NCBI GenBank assembly: GCA_038087875.1
Contig: JAXLNO010000375.1
Coordinates: 1 to 36,132, forward strand
From: Malacoraja senta
Lineage: Eukaryota
Reading direction: 5' to 3'
DNA length: 36,132 bases
Numbering within the stretch: position 1 is the stretch's first letter; each line of letters starts with the position of its first letter. Both the position numbers and the translations under genes were made by a program. The notes beneath the pieces were generated by a model. The model was given only the letters and a program-made list of their open reading frames with translations, made no database searches and was not told where the DNA came from. Below are positions 10,414 to 23,400 of the stretch, piece after piece.

Positions 10414-11133
10414 GAGAAAAACTGTTTATGGAAAGACAGGGTGGGTGTAATTTGTGAGGGGAAAATAATTAAAAAAAAAACTCAATGTCAGAAAAACTCT
10501 TTAAATTATGTGCATAGCAATCTGTGGGGTGAATTTGTGGAATGGTCTGGAACAGGAGATAAAGCTTAGCACAAACTTAATTCAGTTTAAAAAGATGTAC
10601 AAAAACACTTTTTTTAAAGGATATTGGGATGAGTATAGGTGGTTGTGAGTGGGATATTTGTTATACTGATTGTATCGGGAAGGGTGATTATAGGGTGTTG
10701 GGTTGTATATATGACTGTATAGTATATGAGGGTTATGGGATGTATATATGACTGAGGGATACTGTGTAGTATATGAGGGTTTTTTCTTTTCTTTTTTCTA
10801 TTTTCTCTCTTATTTTGTATGGCTTTGTAAATATTTGATTAGTGTATAAATGTAAATAATTTGGTGTACATATAGCTGCTGGTGTACATATGGTGCACAT
10901 ATAGCTGGTAAATGTGTATAAGATAATTATAAGCAGTTGAATGAGGGGGTGGGAATTAATAAGCTTTGGCTTCTTCCTGCTACTTTTCGGACATACGATT
11001 TCATTTATTTATAGATATTGTTTATGACACTATAAATATTCTTGTTTTGTTTTTTTGTATGCTGTTTCACACTTTTTTTAAATTCTTTTATTCTGTTCGA
11101 AATAAACAATAAAATAAAATAAAAATAAAATAA
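10414..11133 (+). mobile_element. 3' fragment of an L2/Crack-like LINE (ORF2 end, 3' UTR, (AAATA)n tail)
   Basis: Inverted copy at 34792-35079 translates YNLRG...VRTTLK..CI....VNLWNGLEQEIK....IIQFK, a CR1/L2-group ORF2 C-terminus; ends aataaa(caat)aaaataaaata. Confidence 0.65.
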
Positions 11134-11823
11134 ACTCTCTCGACTCGAACTCGAACTCTATCTCGATCTCGAACTCTCTCTTGAACTTTCTCTCGAACTC
11201 GAACTCGATCTCGAACTCGATCTCGAACTCGAACTCGCACTATCTCGAACTCTCTTTCGAACTTTCTCTCGAACTCGAACTCGATCTCGAACTCGATCTC
11301 GAACTCGAACCCGCACTCTATCTCGAACTCTCTCTCCAACTTTCTCTCGAACTCGCACTCTATCTCGAACTCGCATTCGAACTCGAACTCGAACTCGAAT
11401 ACGAGCTCGAACTCTATCTCGAACTCGAGTTGGAGTTCGACTTGCTGGCGGACCAGCAAAGCAAATTCCTTGTTTGTGAATACTTGGCCAATAAATGTAT
11501 GCATTCATTCATTCATTCATTCATTCATTCATTCATTCATTCATTCATTCATTCATTCATTCAACTCGAACTCTATCTCGAACTCGATCTCGATCTCGAA
11601 CTCGAATTAGAACTCGAACTGTATCGTGAACTCCAACTATCGCAACATCACAATCTATCTCGAACTCGAACTCTATCGCGAACTCGATCTCGAACTTGAA
11701 CTGTTTCTTGAACTCGAACTCCACCTCGAACTCGAACTATCTCGAACTCCAACTCCAACATCGAACTTGAACTCGAACTCTATCTCGTACTCGAACTCGA
11801 ACTCTATCACAAACTCTATCTCT
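11134..11823 (+). repeat. Composite satellite block, forward
   Basis: Core variant at about 11442-11495 followed by long (TTCA)n. Confidence 0.9.
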
Positions 11824-11828
11824 AATAA

Positions 11829-12431
11829 AGGCTCTGTCTTACCTGTTTGCGGTCATCGGCGGTGAAGCGCGGCGTCGCCGGTAGCGAGGACCGCCCGGCA
11901 ACGGCGAGAGCGTCGAGCTTATCCACCGGAGCGCCGCACGGATGGTGCGCGGGGGCCGAGTTAATTCAAACACGGCGGGTCCCACGTGTTTGCGGTAAGT
12001 AAAAAAAGGGCGGGCCGACTGCGATGACGTCAGCCCGCCGCACGTGACTCACCAGCGGCGGCTGTGGCGGCTGCCGTCCAGATCGCGGCGCTGCAGCGGT
12101 GGCTGTGCCTGCGGCCGTGCAGCACACGTGCGTCACTGGCGGCGGCACGTGCCTCACTGGCGGAGGCTGTGGCAGTGGAGGCTTGACGCACGGCGCTCGA
12201 GCCATACTGGCGGCGGCCCGTGCGAGCGGCCGTGCGCACTCGTGCTTCACTGGTGGAGGTTGTGCGGTGAGTATTTAGTTTTGGACATTGTCGAATTTAT
12301 TTTAGCACCGCGCGGTGTTGGAAACACCGACGCACGGCCCGGGAATTGTACTTTCTCACGAGTGCGCGGTCTATGGCGGCAGATTCTTCCCGTTTCGCCG
12401 CCATAGACCGCAGACTCGTGTGACAGGCCTT
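11829..12431. mobile_element. Putative non-autonomous DNA transposon (PIF/Harbinger-like MITE), CpG-rich
   Basis: Imperfect ~33-bp TIRs (ggctctgtcttacctgtttgcggtcatcggcgg vs reverse complement ggcctgtcacacgagtctgcggtctatggcgg); TAA on the left, TTA on the right; no transposase. Confidence 0.5.
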
Positions 12432-15400
12432 TTACTATGATAAATATTTACGCTCCGTACTTTGACAACCCCAAATTTGTTGATAAAATTATAGATATAT
12501 CAGAGTTTAATTATCAGAATGTGATAAAAGGAGGGGACTTCAATTGTGTTTTAGATCCATATCTAGACAAATCAGTAAAACAAAAGAGGAGTAATTTAAA
12601 ATCTAAGACAAGTGAACTTTTAAATACATATATAAAAAATACTAATATAATAGATGTATGGAGATCTGCTAATCCAGCTGGAAGGGAATAATCGTTTTAC
12701 TCTTCGGTACATAAAACTTATTCAAGAATTTATTATTTTTTAGTGGATATGAAATTAATGCCATATACAATTAATCCAACGTACCACATTAGTAGTATTT
12801 CTGATCAGTCTCCACTGACATTTTCAGTAAAATTCGAGGGAATGCTGGGTAAAAAAAAATTTCGGAGGTTTAATACACATATTTTAAATAACATACAAGG
12901 TTATCAATATTTAAAACAACAAATGAAACTTTTTTTTGATACAAATGATATGCCAGGTACCTCGCCTTCTTTATTATGGGAAACCTTTAAGGAATTATTA
13001 GAGGAATTATAATTTCATACGAAATTTTTCAAAATAAAAAGAATAAGACAGAACAAATGTTGCTAGAACAAGAAATTAGACAGTTAGAGTTAGATAATGC
13101 TAAAGACTCCACTATAGATAAACATAATAAGATAATATTACTGAAATTTAAACTTAATCGAATTCTATCGGCAAGAGTAATAAGATTATTCCAAATTACA
13201 AAACAGGAACATTTTGAGTTTGGTGACAAACCACATAAACTTTTAGCTCGTCAACTGAAAAACAAGAAAAATAAAATACTATAAATAAAATTAAATCAGA
13301 GAAAGGTGAATTACTAATACTACCTAAATATATTAATAAAAGATTTGCTCAATTTTATCAAAATGTATACACATCAAAAACTAAAATAGAAGATAGTAAA
13401 ATCAAGAAATGTTTAGAAAATTGTAATCTTCCAAAAGTTGACCTTTTGGAACAAGAGGAACTTGGAGCTTAAATTATAATCGAAGAAATAGGTGAAACAA
13501 TAAAATCGTTGACAAATGTTAAGACACCGGGACCAGACGGTTTTAGTAATGAATTTTATTTAAAAAATCATGAGATAACGACTCCTTATTTATTTAATTT
13601 ATATATTCACGCTTTTAAAGAAAATAAACTACCTGAAAGATTAGCAGAATCAACGATTACGCTTATTCCAAAAAAAGATAAAGATTTAGAGGATCCGGGC
13701 TCATATAGAGCTATATCACTTTTAAATACAGACCAGAAAATTCTTGCAAAGACTTTAGTAAGAAGACTAAGCAAATATATTAGTAAATTGATAAACCCTG
13801 ATCAATACCCAAAAGATATTCATTTATTAATTTGCGACGCCTGTTTAATATAATGTACTCAGATAAAGTGGAGGAAGAAGATATATCAATTATTTCTCTG
13901 GATGCAGAGAAAGCATTTGATCAGGTAGAATTGCAGTATTTATACAAAGTATTGCAAAAAATTAATATAGGAGAGAATTTTATTACATGGGTAAAATTAT
14001 TATATTATAAACCGATGCCAAGAATATTAACTAATAATATGTAATCTAAAAAATTTCAATTATCAAGGGGTAATAGGCGTTATCACCCCTGCTATTTGCC
14101 CTTATGATAGAACCTTTGGCTGAAAGTATAAGAAGTCATCCGAATATTCAGGGTTATAATACTAGGGACTCAAATAAGAAAATTCCATTATATGCAGACG
14201 ATATTCTTTTATATATTACAAAATCACAAACGAGCATACCAAATGTATTAAGCTTAATAGAGGAATTTGGGTCCTTTTCTGGATATAGAATAAATTGGAA
14301 TACAAGTGAAAGCATGACGTTAAAACCTCAAGAATCTACACACTTACTGAAGTTCCCCTTTAAAACAGCAACAGAAAAAATTAAATATATGGGTAATCAG
14401 ATTACTGGAAAATATAAAGCATTATTCAATGCCAATTTTATACCTTTATTAAACAAATTTTATACCTTTATTAAATATACTGATTAAATTTTGGAAAACA
14501 CTTCCTTTATCATTAATAGGTAGAATAAATGCTATAAAAATGATCTTTGTACCACAACTATTATACCTATTTCAGTCTATACCAGTATATATACCAAAAT
14601 ACTTAAAAAAAAAATTAGACTCTATTATTACTAGTTTTATTTGGGATTATAAATCACATAGAATTAAAAAAAAAACGTATTTAAACCAAAAGATGTCGGG
14701 GGACTTTCACTCCAGAATTTTTCTGTATTATTATTCGGCAGTGCATATTAAGAATATAATTTACTGGTTGGACAGTTCTACCAACAGACAGAATGGATAC
14801 AAATGGAGAAAGAGGATTGTTTTCCTTGTAATATAGGAACGATCCTCTTCTCCCCGAAAAAACGGAACAATACAATATATAAGAAGAACCCAATTATACA
14901 TGATACAATAAGAATATGGAAACAAATAAAATTATCCTTAAAATTAAGTAATTTATCATTGTTGATACCAATAGCGAATAATCCTTTATTTAAACCATCT
15001 CTTATTGACAACACATATAATCAATGGGAAAGTTTAGGAATTAAAAGGATCGGGGATATGTATGAAATGGGAAATGTATTATCATTTCAACAATTACAAT
15101 TAAAATTTAAATTGAAAAACAACCATTATTTTAAATATCTTCAGATTTGCGATTTCACGAAGACATACATACAAGGATATCAAAAAATAACACCTGATTT
15201 ATTGGCAGAAGCAATGAATATTAAAGCTGACGCACAAAAATTAATATCATATTTATATGATAGTATTTTAAATATAGACCTACCATCGACAGAGGTACTT
15301 AGAGAAGAGTGGGAACGGGAATTAATGATAAAAATTACGAAGGTTACATGGGAAAAGTATTTGATATACATTCACAAATGTTCGATTATTGGAAGACATA

Positions 15401-18400
15401 ATCTAATTCAATTTAAAATTTTACATAGATTATATTATTCAAAAAGAAAATTAAATAAATTCTATCCAAATATATCCCCCATTTGCGATAAGTGTTTAAC
15501 CCAAAACGCAACTATAACACACTCTTTTGTTTCCTGCATAAAACTTTATAGATTCTGGAGTGATATTTTCGAAATATTTACAAAATTATTTAAGATAAAA
15601 ATGGATAAAGTTTAATTTATATACTCACGCTTTTAAAGAAAATAAACTAGCTGAAAGATTAGCAGAATTAACTATTACGCTTATTCCAAAAAAAGATAAA
15701 GATTTAGAGGATCCGGGCTCATATAGAGCTATATCACTTTTAAATACAGACCAGGAAATTCTAGCAAATACTTTAGTAAGAAGACTAAGCAAATATATTA
15801 GTAAATTGATAAACCCTGATCAATACCCAAAAGATATTCATTTAATAATTTGCGACGCCTGTTTAATATAATGTACTCCGATAAAGTGGAGGAAGAAGAT
15901 ATATCAATTATTTCTCTGGATGCAGAGAAAGCATTTGATCAGGTAGAATTGCAGTATTTATACAAAGTATTTCAAAAAATTAATATGGGAGAGAATGTTA
16001 TTAAATGGGTAAAATTATTATATGATAAACCGATGGCAAGAATATTAACTAATAATATGTTATCTAAGAAAATTCAATTATCAAGGGGTAATAGGCGTTA
16101 TCACCCCTGCTATTTGCCCTTATGATAGAACCTTTGGCTGAAAGTATAAGAAGTCATCAGAATATTCAGGGTTATAATACTAGGGACTCAAATAAGAACA
16201 TTTCATTATATGCAGACGATATTCTTTTATATATTACAAAATCACAAACGAGCATATCAAATGTATTAAACGTAATAGAGGAACTTGGGTCCTTTTCTGG
16301 ATATAGAATAAATTGGAATAAAAGTGAAATCATGACGTTAAAACCTCAAGAATCTACACACTTACTGAAGTTCCCCTTTAAAACAGCAACAGAAAAATTT
16401 AAATATATGGGTAATCAGATTACTGGAAAATATAAAGCATTATTCAATGCTAATTTTATACCTTTATTAAACAAATTTTATACCTTTATTAAATATACTG
16501 ATTACATTTTGGAAAACACTTCCTTTATCATTAATAGGTAGAATAAATGCTATGAAAATGATCTATCTACCACAACTATTATACCTATTTCAGTCTATAC
16601 CAGTATATATACCAAAATACTTTAAAAAAAATTAGACTCTATTATTACTAATTTGATTTGGGATTATAAATCACATAGAATTTTTTTAAAAAAAAACGTA
16701 TTTAAACCAAAAGATGTCGGGGGACTTTCACTCCAGAATTTTCTGTATTATTATTGGGCAGTGCATATTAAGAATATAATTTACTGGTTGGACAGTTCTA
16801 CCAACAGACAGAATGGATAAAAATGGAGAAAGAGGATTGTTTTCCTTGTAATATAGGAACGATCCTCTTCTCCCTGAAAAAACTGAACAATACAATATAT
16901 AAGAATAACCCAATTATACATGATACAATAAGAATATGGAAACAAATAAAATTATCCTTAAAATTAAGAATTTTTTCATTGTTGATACCAATAGCGAATA
17001 ATCCTTTATTTAAACCATCTCTTATTGACAAAACATATAATCAATGGGAAAGTTTAGGAATTAAAAGGATCGGGGATATGTATGAAATGGGAAATGTATT
17101 ATCATTTCAACAATTACAATTACAATTTAAATTGAAAAACAACCATTATTTTAAATATCTTCAGATTTGCGATTTCACGAAGAAATACACACAAGGATAT
17201 CAAAAAATAACTCCTGATTTATTGGAAGAAGCAATGAATATTAAAGCTGACGTACAAAAATTAATATCATATTTATATGATAGTATTTTAAATATAGACC
17301 TACCATCGACAGAGGTACTTAGAGAAGAGTGGGAACGGGAATTAATGATAAAAATTACGAAGGTTACATGGGAAAAGTATTTGATATACATTCACAAATG
17401 TTCGATTAATGGAAGACATAATCTAATTCAATTTAAAATCTTACATAGATTATATTATTCAAAAAGAAGATTAAATAAATTCTATCCAAATATATCCCCC
17501 ATTTGCGATAAGTGTTTAACCCAAAACGCAACTATAACACACTCTTTTGTTTCCTGCATAAAACTTTATAGATTCTGGAGTGATATTTTCGAAATATTTA
17601 CAAAATTATTTAAGATAAAAATGGATAAATTTTAATTTATATACTCACGCTTTTAAAGAAAATAAACTACCTGAAAGATTAGCAGAATCAACTATTACGC
17701 TTATTCCAAAAAAAGATAAAGGTTTAGAGGATCCGGGCTCATATAGAGCTATATCACTTTTAAATACAGACCAGGAAATTCTAGCAAATACTATAGTAAG
17801 AAGACTAAGCAAATATATTAGTAAATTGATAAACCCTGAACAATACCCAAAAGATATTCATTTAATAATTTGCGACGCCTGTTTAATATAATGTACTCAG
17901 ATAAAGTGGAGGAAGAAGATATATCAATTATTTCTCTGGATGCAGAGAAAGCATTTGATCAGGTAGAATTGCAGTTTTTATACAAAGTATTTCAAAACAT
18001 TTATATGGGAGAGAATTTCATTATATGGGTAAAATTATTATATGATAAACCGATGGCAAGAATATTAACTAATAATATGTTATCTAAAAATTTTCAATTA
18101 TCAAGGGGTAATAGGCGTTATCACCCCTGCTAGTTGCCCTTATGATAGCACCTTTGGCTGAAAGTATAAGAAGTCATCCGAATATTCAGGGTTATAATAC
18201 TAGGGACTCAAATAAGAAAATGTCATTATATGCAGACGATATTCTTTTATATATTACAAAATCACAAACGAGCATATCAAATGTATTAAACTTAATAGAG
18301 GAACTTGGGTCCTTTTCTGGATATAGAATAAATTGGAATAAAAGTGAAATCATGACGTTAAAACCTCAAGAATCTACACACTTACTGAAGTTCCCCTTTA

Positions 18401-21400
18401 AAACAGCAACAGAAAAATTTAAATATATGGGTAATCAGATTACTGGAAAATATAAAGCATTATTCAATGCTAATTTTATACCTTTATTAAACAAATTTTA
18501 TACCTTTATTAAATATACTGATTACATTTTGGAAAACACTTCCTTTATCATTAATAGGTAGAATAAATGCTATAAAAATGATCTATCTACCACAACTATT
18601 ATACCTATTTCAGTCTATACCAGTATATATACCAAAATACTTTAAAAAAAATTAGACTCTATTGTTACTAATTTGATTTGGGATTATAAATCACATAGAA
18701 TTTAAAAAAAAAAAACGTATTTAAACCAAAAGATGTCGGGGGACTTTCACTCCAGAATTTTCTGTATTATTATTGGGCAGTGCATATTTAGAATATAATG
18801 TACTGGTTGGACAGTTCTACCAACAGACAGAATGGATAAAAATTGAGAAAGAGGATTGTTTTCCTTGTAATATAGGAACGATCCTCTTCTCCCCGAAAAA
18901 ACTGAACAATACAATATATAAGAATAACCCAATTATACATGCTACAATAAGAATATGGAAACAAATAAAATTATCCTTAAAATTAAGAAATTTATCATTG
19001 TTGATACCAATAGCGAATAATCCTTTATTTAAACCATCTCTTATTGACAAAACATATAATCAATGGGAAAGTTTAGGAATTAAAAGGATCGGGGATATGT
19101 ATGAAATGGGAAATGTATTATCATTTCAACAATTACAATTAAAATTTAAATTGCAAAACAACCATTATTTTAAATATCTTCAGATTTGCGATTTCACGAA
19201 GAAATACATACAAGGATATCAAAAAATAACTCCTGATTTATTGGAAGAAGCAATGAATATTAAAGCTGACGTACAAAAATTAATATCATATTTATATGAT
19301 AGTATTTTAAATATAGACCTACCATCGACAGAGGTACTTAGAGAAGAGTGGGAACGGGAATTAATGATAAAAATTACGAAGGTTACATGGGAAAAGTATT
19401 TGATATACATTCACAAATGTTCGATTAATGGAAGACATAATCTAATTCAATTTAAAATCTTACATAGATTATATTATTCAAAAAGAAGATTAAATAAATT
19501 CTATCCAAATATATCCCCCATTTGCGATAAGTGTTTAACCCAAAACGCAACTATAACACACTCTTTTGTTTCCTGCATAAAACTTTATAGATTCTGGAGT
19601 GATATTTTCGAAATATTTACAAAATTATTTAAGATAAAAATGGATAAAGTTTAATTTATATACTCACGCTTTTAAAGAAAATAAACTACCTCAAAGATTA
19701 GCAGAATCAACTATTACGCTTATTCCAAAAAAAGATAAAGGTTTAGAGGATCCGGGCTCATATAGAGCTATATCACTTTTAAATACAGACCAGGAAATTC
19801 TAGCAAATACTTTAGTAAGAAGACTAAGCAAATATATTAGTAAATTGATAAACCCTGATCAATACCCAAAAGATATTCATTTAATAATTTGCGACGCCTG
19901 TTTAATATAATGTACTCAGATAAAGTGGAGGAAGAAGATATATCAATTATTTCTCTGGATGCAGAGAAAGCATTTGATCAGGTAGAATTGCAGTTTTTAT
20001 ACAAAGTATTTCAAAAAATTAATATGGGAGAGAATTTTATTATATGGGTAAAATTATTATATGATAAACCGATGGCAAGAATATTAACTAATAATATGTT
20101 ATCTAAAAAATTTCAATTATCAAGGGGTAATAGGCGTTATCACCCCTGCTATTTGCCCTTATGATAGAACCTTTGGCTGAAAGTATAAGAAGTCATCCGA
20201 ATATTCAGGGTTATAATACTAGGGACTCAAATAAGAAAATTTCATTATATGCAGACGATATTCTTTTATATATTACAAAATCACAAACGAGCATTTCAAA
20301 TGTATTAAACTTAATAGAGGAACTTGGGTCCCTTTCTGGATATAGAATAAATTGGAATAAAAGTGAAATCATGACGTTAAAACCTCAAGAATCTACACAC
20401 TTACTGAAGTTCCCCTTTAAAACAGCAACAGAAAAATTTAAATATATGGGTAATCAGATTACTGGAAAATATAAAGCATTATTCAACGCTAATTGTATAC
20501 CTTTATTAAACAAATTTTATACCTTTATTAAATATACTGATTAAATTTTGGAAAACACTTCCTTTATCATTAATAGGTAGAATAAATGCTATAAAAATGA
20601 TCTTACCACAACTATTATACATATTTCAGTCTATACCAGTATATATACCAAAATACTTTAAAAAAAATTAGACTCTATTATTACTAATTTGATTTGGGAT
20701 TATAAATCACATAGAATTAAAAAAAAAAAACGTATTTAAACCAAAAGATGTCGGGGGACTTTCACTCCAGAATTTTCTGTATTATTATTGGGCAGTGCAT
20801 ATTAAGAATATAATGTACTGGTTGGACAGTTCTACCAACAGACAGAATGGATAAAAATGGAGAAAGAGGATTGTTTTCCTTGTAATATAGGAACGATCCT
20901 CTTCTCCCCGAAAAAACTGAACAATACAATATATAAGAATAATCCAATTATACATGATACAATAAGAATATGGAAACAAATAAAATTATCCTTAAAATTA
21001 AGAAATGTATCATTGTTAATACCAATAGCGAATAATCCTTTATTTAAACCATCTCTTATTGACAAAACATATAATCAATGGGAAAGTTTAGGAATTAAAA
21101 GGATCGGGGATATGTATGAAATGGGAAATGTATTATCATTTCAACAATTACAATTAAAATTTATTTTGAAAAACAACCATTATTTTAAATAACTTCAGAT
21201 TTGCGATTTCACGAAGAAATACATACAAGGATATCAAAAAATAACTCCTGATTTATTGGAAGAAGCAATGAATATTAAAGCTGACGTACAAACATTAATA
21301 TCATATTTTTATGATAGTATTTTAAATATAGACCTACCATCGACAGAGGTACTTAGAGAAGAGTGGGAACGGGAATTAATGATAAAAATTACGAAGGTTA

Positions 21401-22047
21401 CATGGGAAAAGTATTTGATATACATTCACAAATGTTCGATTAAAGGAAGACATAATCTAATTCAATTTAAAATCTTACATAGATTATATTATTCAAAAAG
21501 AAGATTAAATAAATTCTATCCAAATATATCCCCCATTTGCGATAAGTGTTTAACCCAAAACGCAACTATAACACACTCTTTTGTTTCCTGCATAAAACTT
21601 TATAGATTCTGGAGTGATATTTTCGAAATATTTACAAAATTATTTAAGATAAAAATGAAACCTAGTAATGGATTGATTATATTTGGGTTAATGGAAGATG
21701 GGAATAAATTTGAATTCATCTCAAAATTTATTTTTTAATTATGGTTTAATAATAGCAAAAAAATTAATATTTAAATTTTGGAAAAATACACCAATACCAA
21801 CGCTCAAAATGTGGATTGCAAGTATGTTGGACACCGCACATCTTGAGGAAATGCGATTCCTCCTAATAGATAAATCTGACCAATTCATTACGAGTTGGTC
21901 TCCATTTGACGTCTTTTTGGAATCATATGGTGCAACACAATTGTAAAAGCTAACTGTCTCGTGACTGGGCGAGGGATGGTCAAGTTTATAAATAAGATCT
22001 CCTTACTTCTTTTTTCTTTTTCTTCCTTTTTTCTTTTACTCTCTTTT
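12432..22047 (+). mobile_element. L1-clade LINE ORF2 pseudogene (APE, RT, CCHC), 5'-truncated, with internal tandem amplification
   Basis: INIYAP, GGDFNCVLDP, IDVWR, ISDQSPL (APE); FEFGDKPHKLLA; KTPGPDGF; ISLDAEKAFD; LYADDILL; SGYRINWNKSE; CDKC-x8-H-x4-C; ORF end at 21946; T-rich 3' UTR, no poly(A). Confidence 0.92.
13593..21657 (+). repeat. Four tandem copies of a ~2.02-kb L1-internal segment
   Basis: Unit starts (tttaatttatata) at 13593, 15611, 17631, 19650; ORF translations of each copy are near-identical. Confidence 0.97.
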
Positions 22048-22137
22048 CACATACAAGGAATTTGCCTTGATGCTCCGCCCGCAAGTCGAGTTCGAGTTCG
22101 AGATATTCGTGATAGAGTTCGAGTTAGAGTTCGAGTT
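22046..22137 (-). repeat. Composite satellite, reverse orientation, starting mid-core
   Basis: ttcacatacaaggaatttgccttgatgctccgcccgcaagtcg followed by (GTTCGA)n. Confidence 0.88.
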
Positions 22138-23400
22138 CAATAGACAATAGACAATAGGTGCGGGTGTAGGCCATTTGGCCCTTCGAGCCAGCAACGCCAT
22201 TCAATGTGATCATGGCTGATTATCCCCAATCAGTACCCCGTCCCTGCCTTCTCCCAAAATACCCTGACTGCGCTATTTTTAAGATCCCTATCTAGCTCTC
22301 TCTTGAAAGCATCCAGAGAACCTGCCTCCACCGCCCTCTGAGGCAGAGAATTCCACGGACTCACCACTCTCTGTGTGAAAAAGCGTTGTCTCGTCTCCGT
22401 TCTAAATGGCTTACTCCTTATTCTTAAACCGTGGTCCCTGGTTCAGGACTCCCCCAACACCGGGAACACGTGTCCTGCCTCTAGTGTGTCCAAGCCCTTA
22501 ACAATCTTATATGTCTCAATGAGATCCCCTCTCATCCTTCTAAACTCCAAAGTGCCCAAGCCCAGCTGCTCCATCCTGGGAATTAACCTTGTAAACTTAC
22601 GCTGCACTCCCTCAATAACAAGAATGTCCTTCCTCAAATTAGGGGACCAAAACTGCACACAATATTCCAGATGTGGTCTCACTAGGGCTCTGTACTACTG
22701 CAGAAGGACCTCTTTGCTCCTATATTCGATTCCTCTTGTTATAAAGGCCAACATGCCATTCGCTTTCTTCACTGCCTGCTGTACCTGCTTGTTTACTATC
22801 ATAGACTGGTGTACAAGGACCCCCAGATCCCGTTGTACTTCCTCTTTTCCCAACTTGACGCCATTTAGATAGAAATCTGTCTTCCTGTTTTTGCTACCAA
22901 AGTGGATAACCTCACATTTATCCGCATTAAACTTCATCTGCCATGCATCTGCCCACTCCACAACCTGTCCACGTCACCCTGCATTCTCATAGCATCCTCC
23001 TCCCAGTTCACACTGCCACCCAGCTTTGTATTATCTGCAAATTTGCTGATGTTACTTTGAATCCCTTCATCCAAATCATTGATGTATATTATAAAAAGCT
23101 GAGGTCGCAGCACCGAGCCTTGCGGTACGCCACTAGTCACTGCCTGCCATTCTGAAAGAGACCCGTTAATCCTTATTCTTTGTTTCCTGTCTGCCAACCA
23201 CTTCTCTATCCATGTTAGCACTACCCCCAATACCAAGTGCCCTAATTTTGCCTACTAATCTCCTATGTGGGACCTTATCAAATGCTTTCTGAAAGTCCAG
23301 GTACACTACATCCACGGGCTCTCCCTTGTTCATTTTCCTAGTTATATCTTCAAAAAATCCCAGTAGATTAATCAAGCATGATTTCCCCTTCATAAGTCCA
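22138..23400 (-). mobile_element. CR1 (HER1-like) LINE 3' fragment, decayed
   Basis: [42 protein letters not shown]; tail (TATTGTC)n on the minus strand; small internal deletion near 22570. Confidence 0.92.

Noticed and set aside
11836..12272. Splice-donor-like motifs as host exons
   Set aside because: No supported acceptor, coding frame or neighbouring exons; they lie within a TIR-bounded element.
14681..21065. Repeated minus-strand ORFs of 61-78 aa
   Set aside because: Antisense shadows of L1 ORF2 that recur only because of the tandem duplication.
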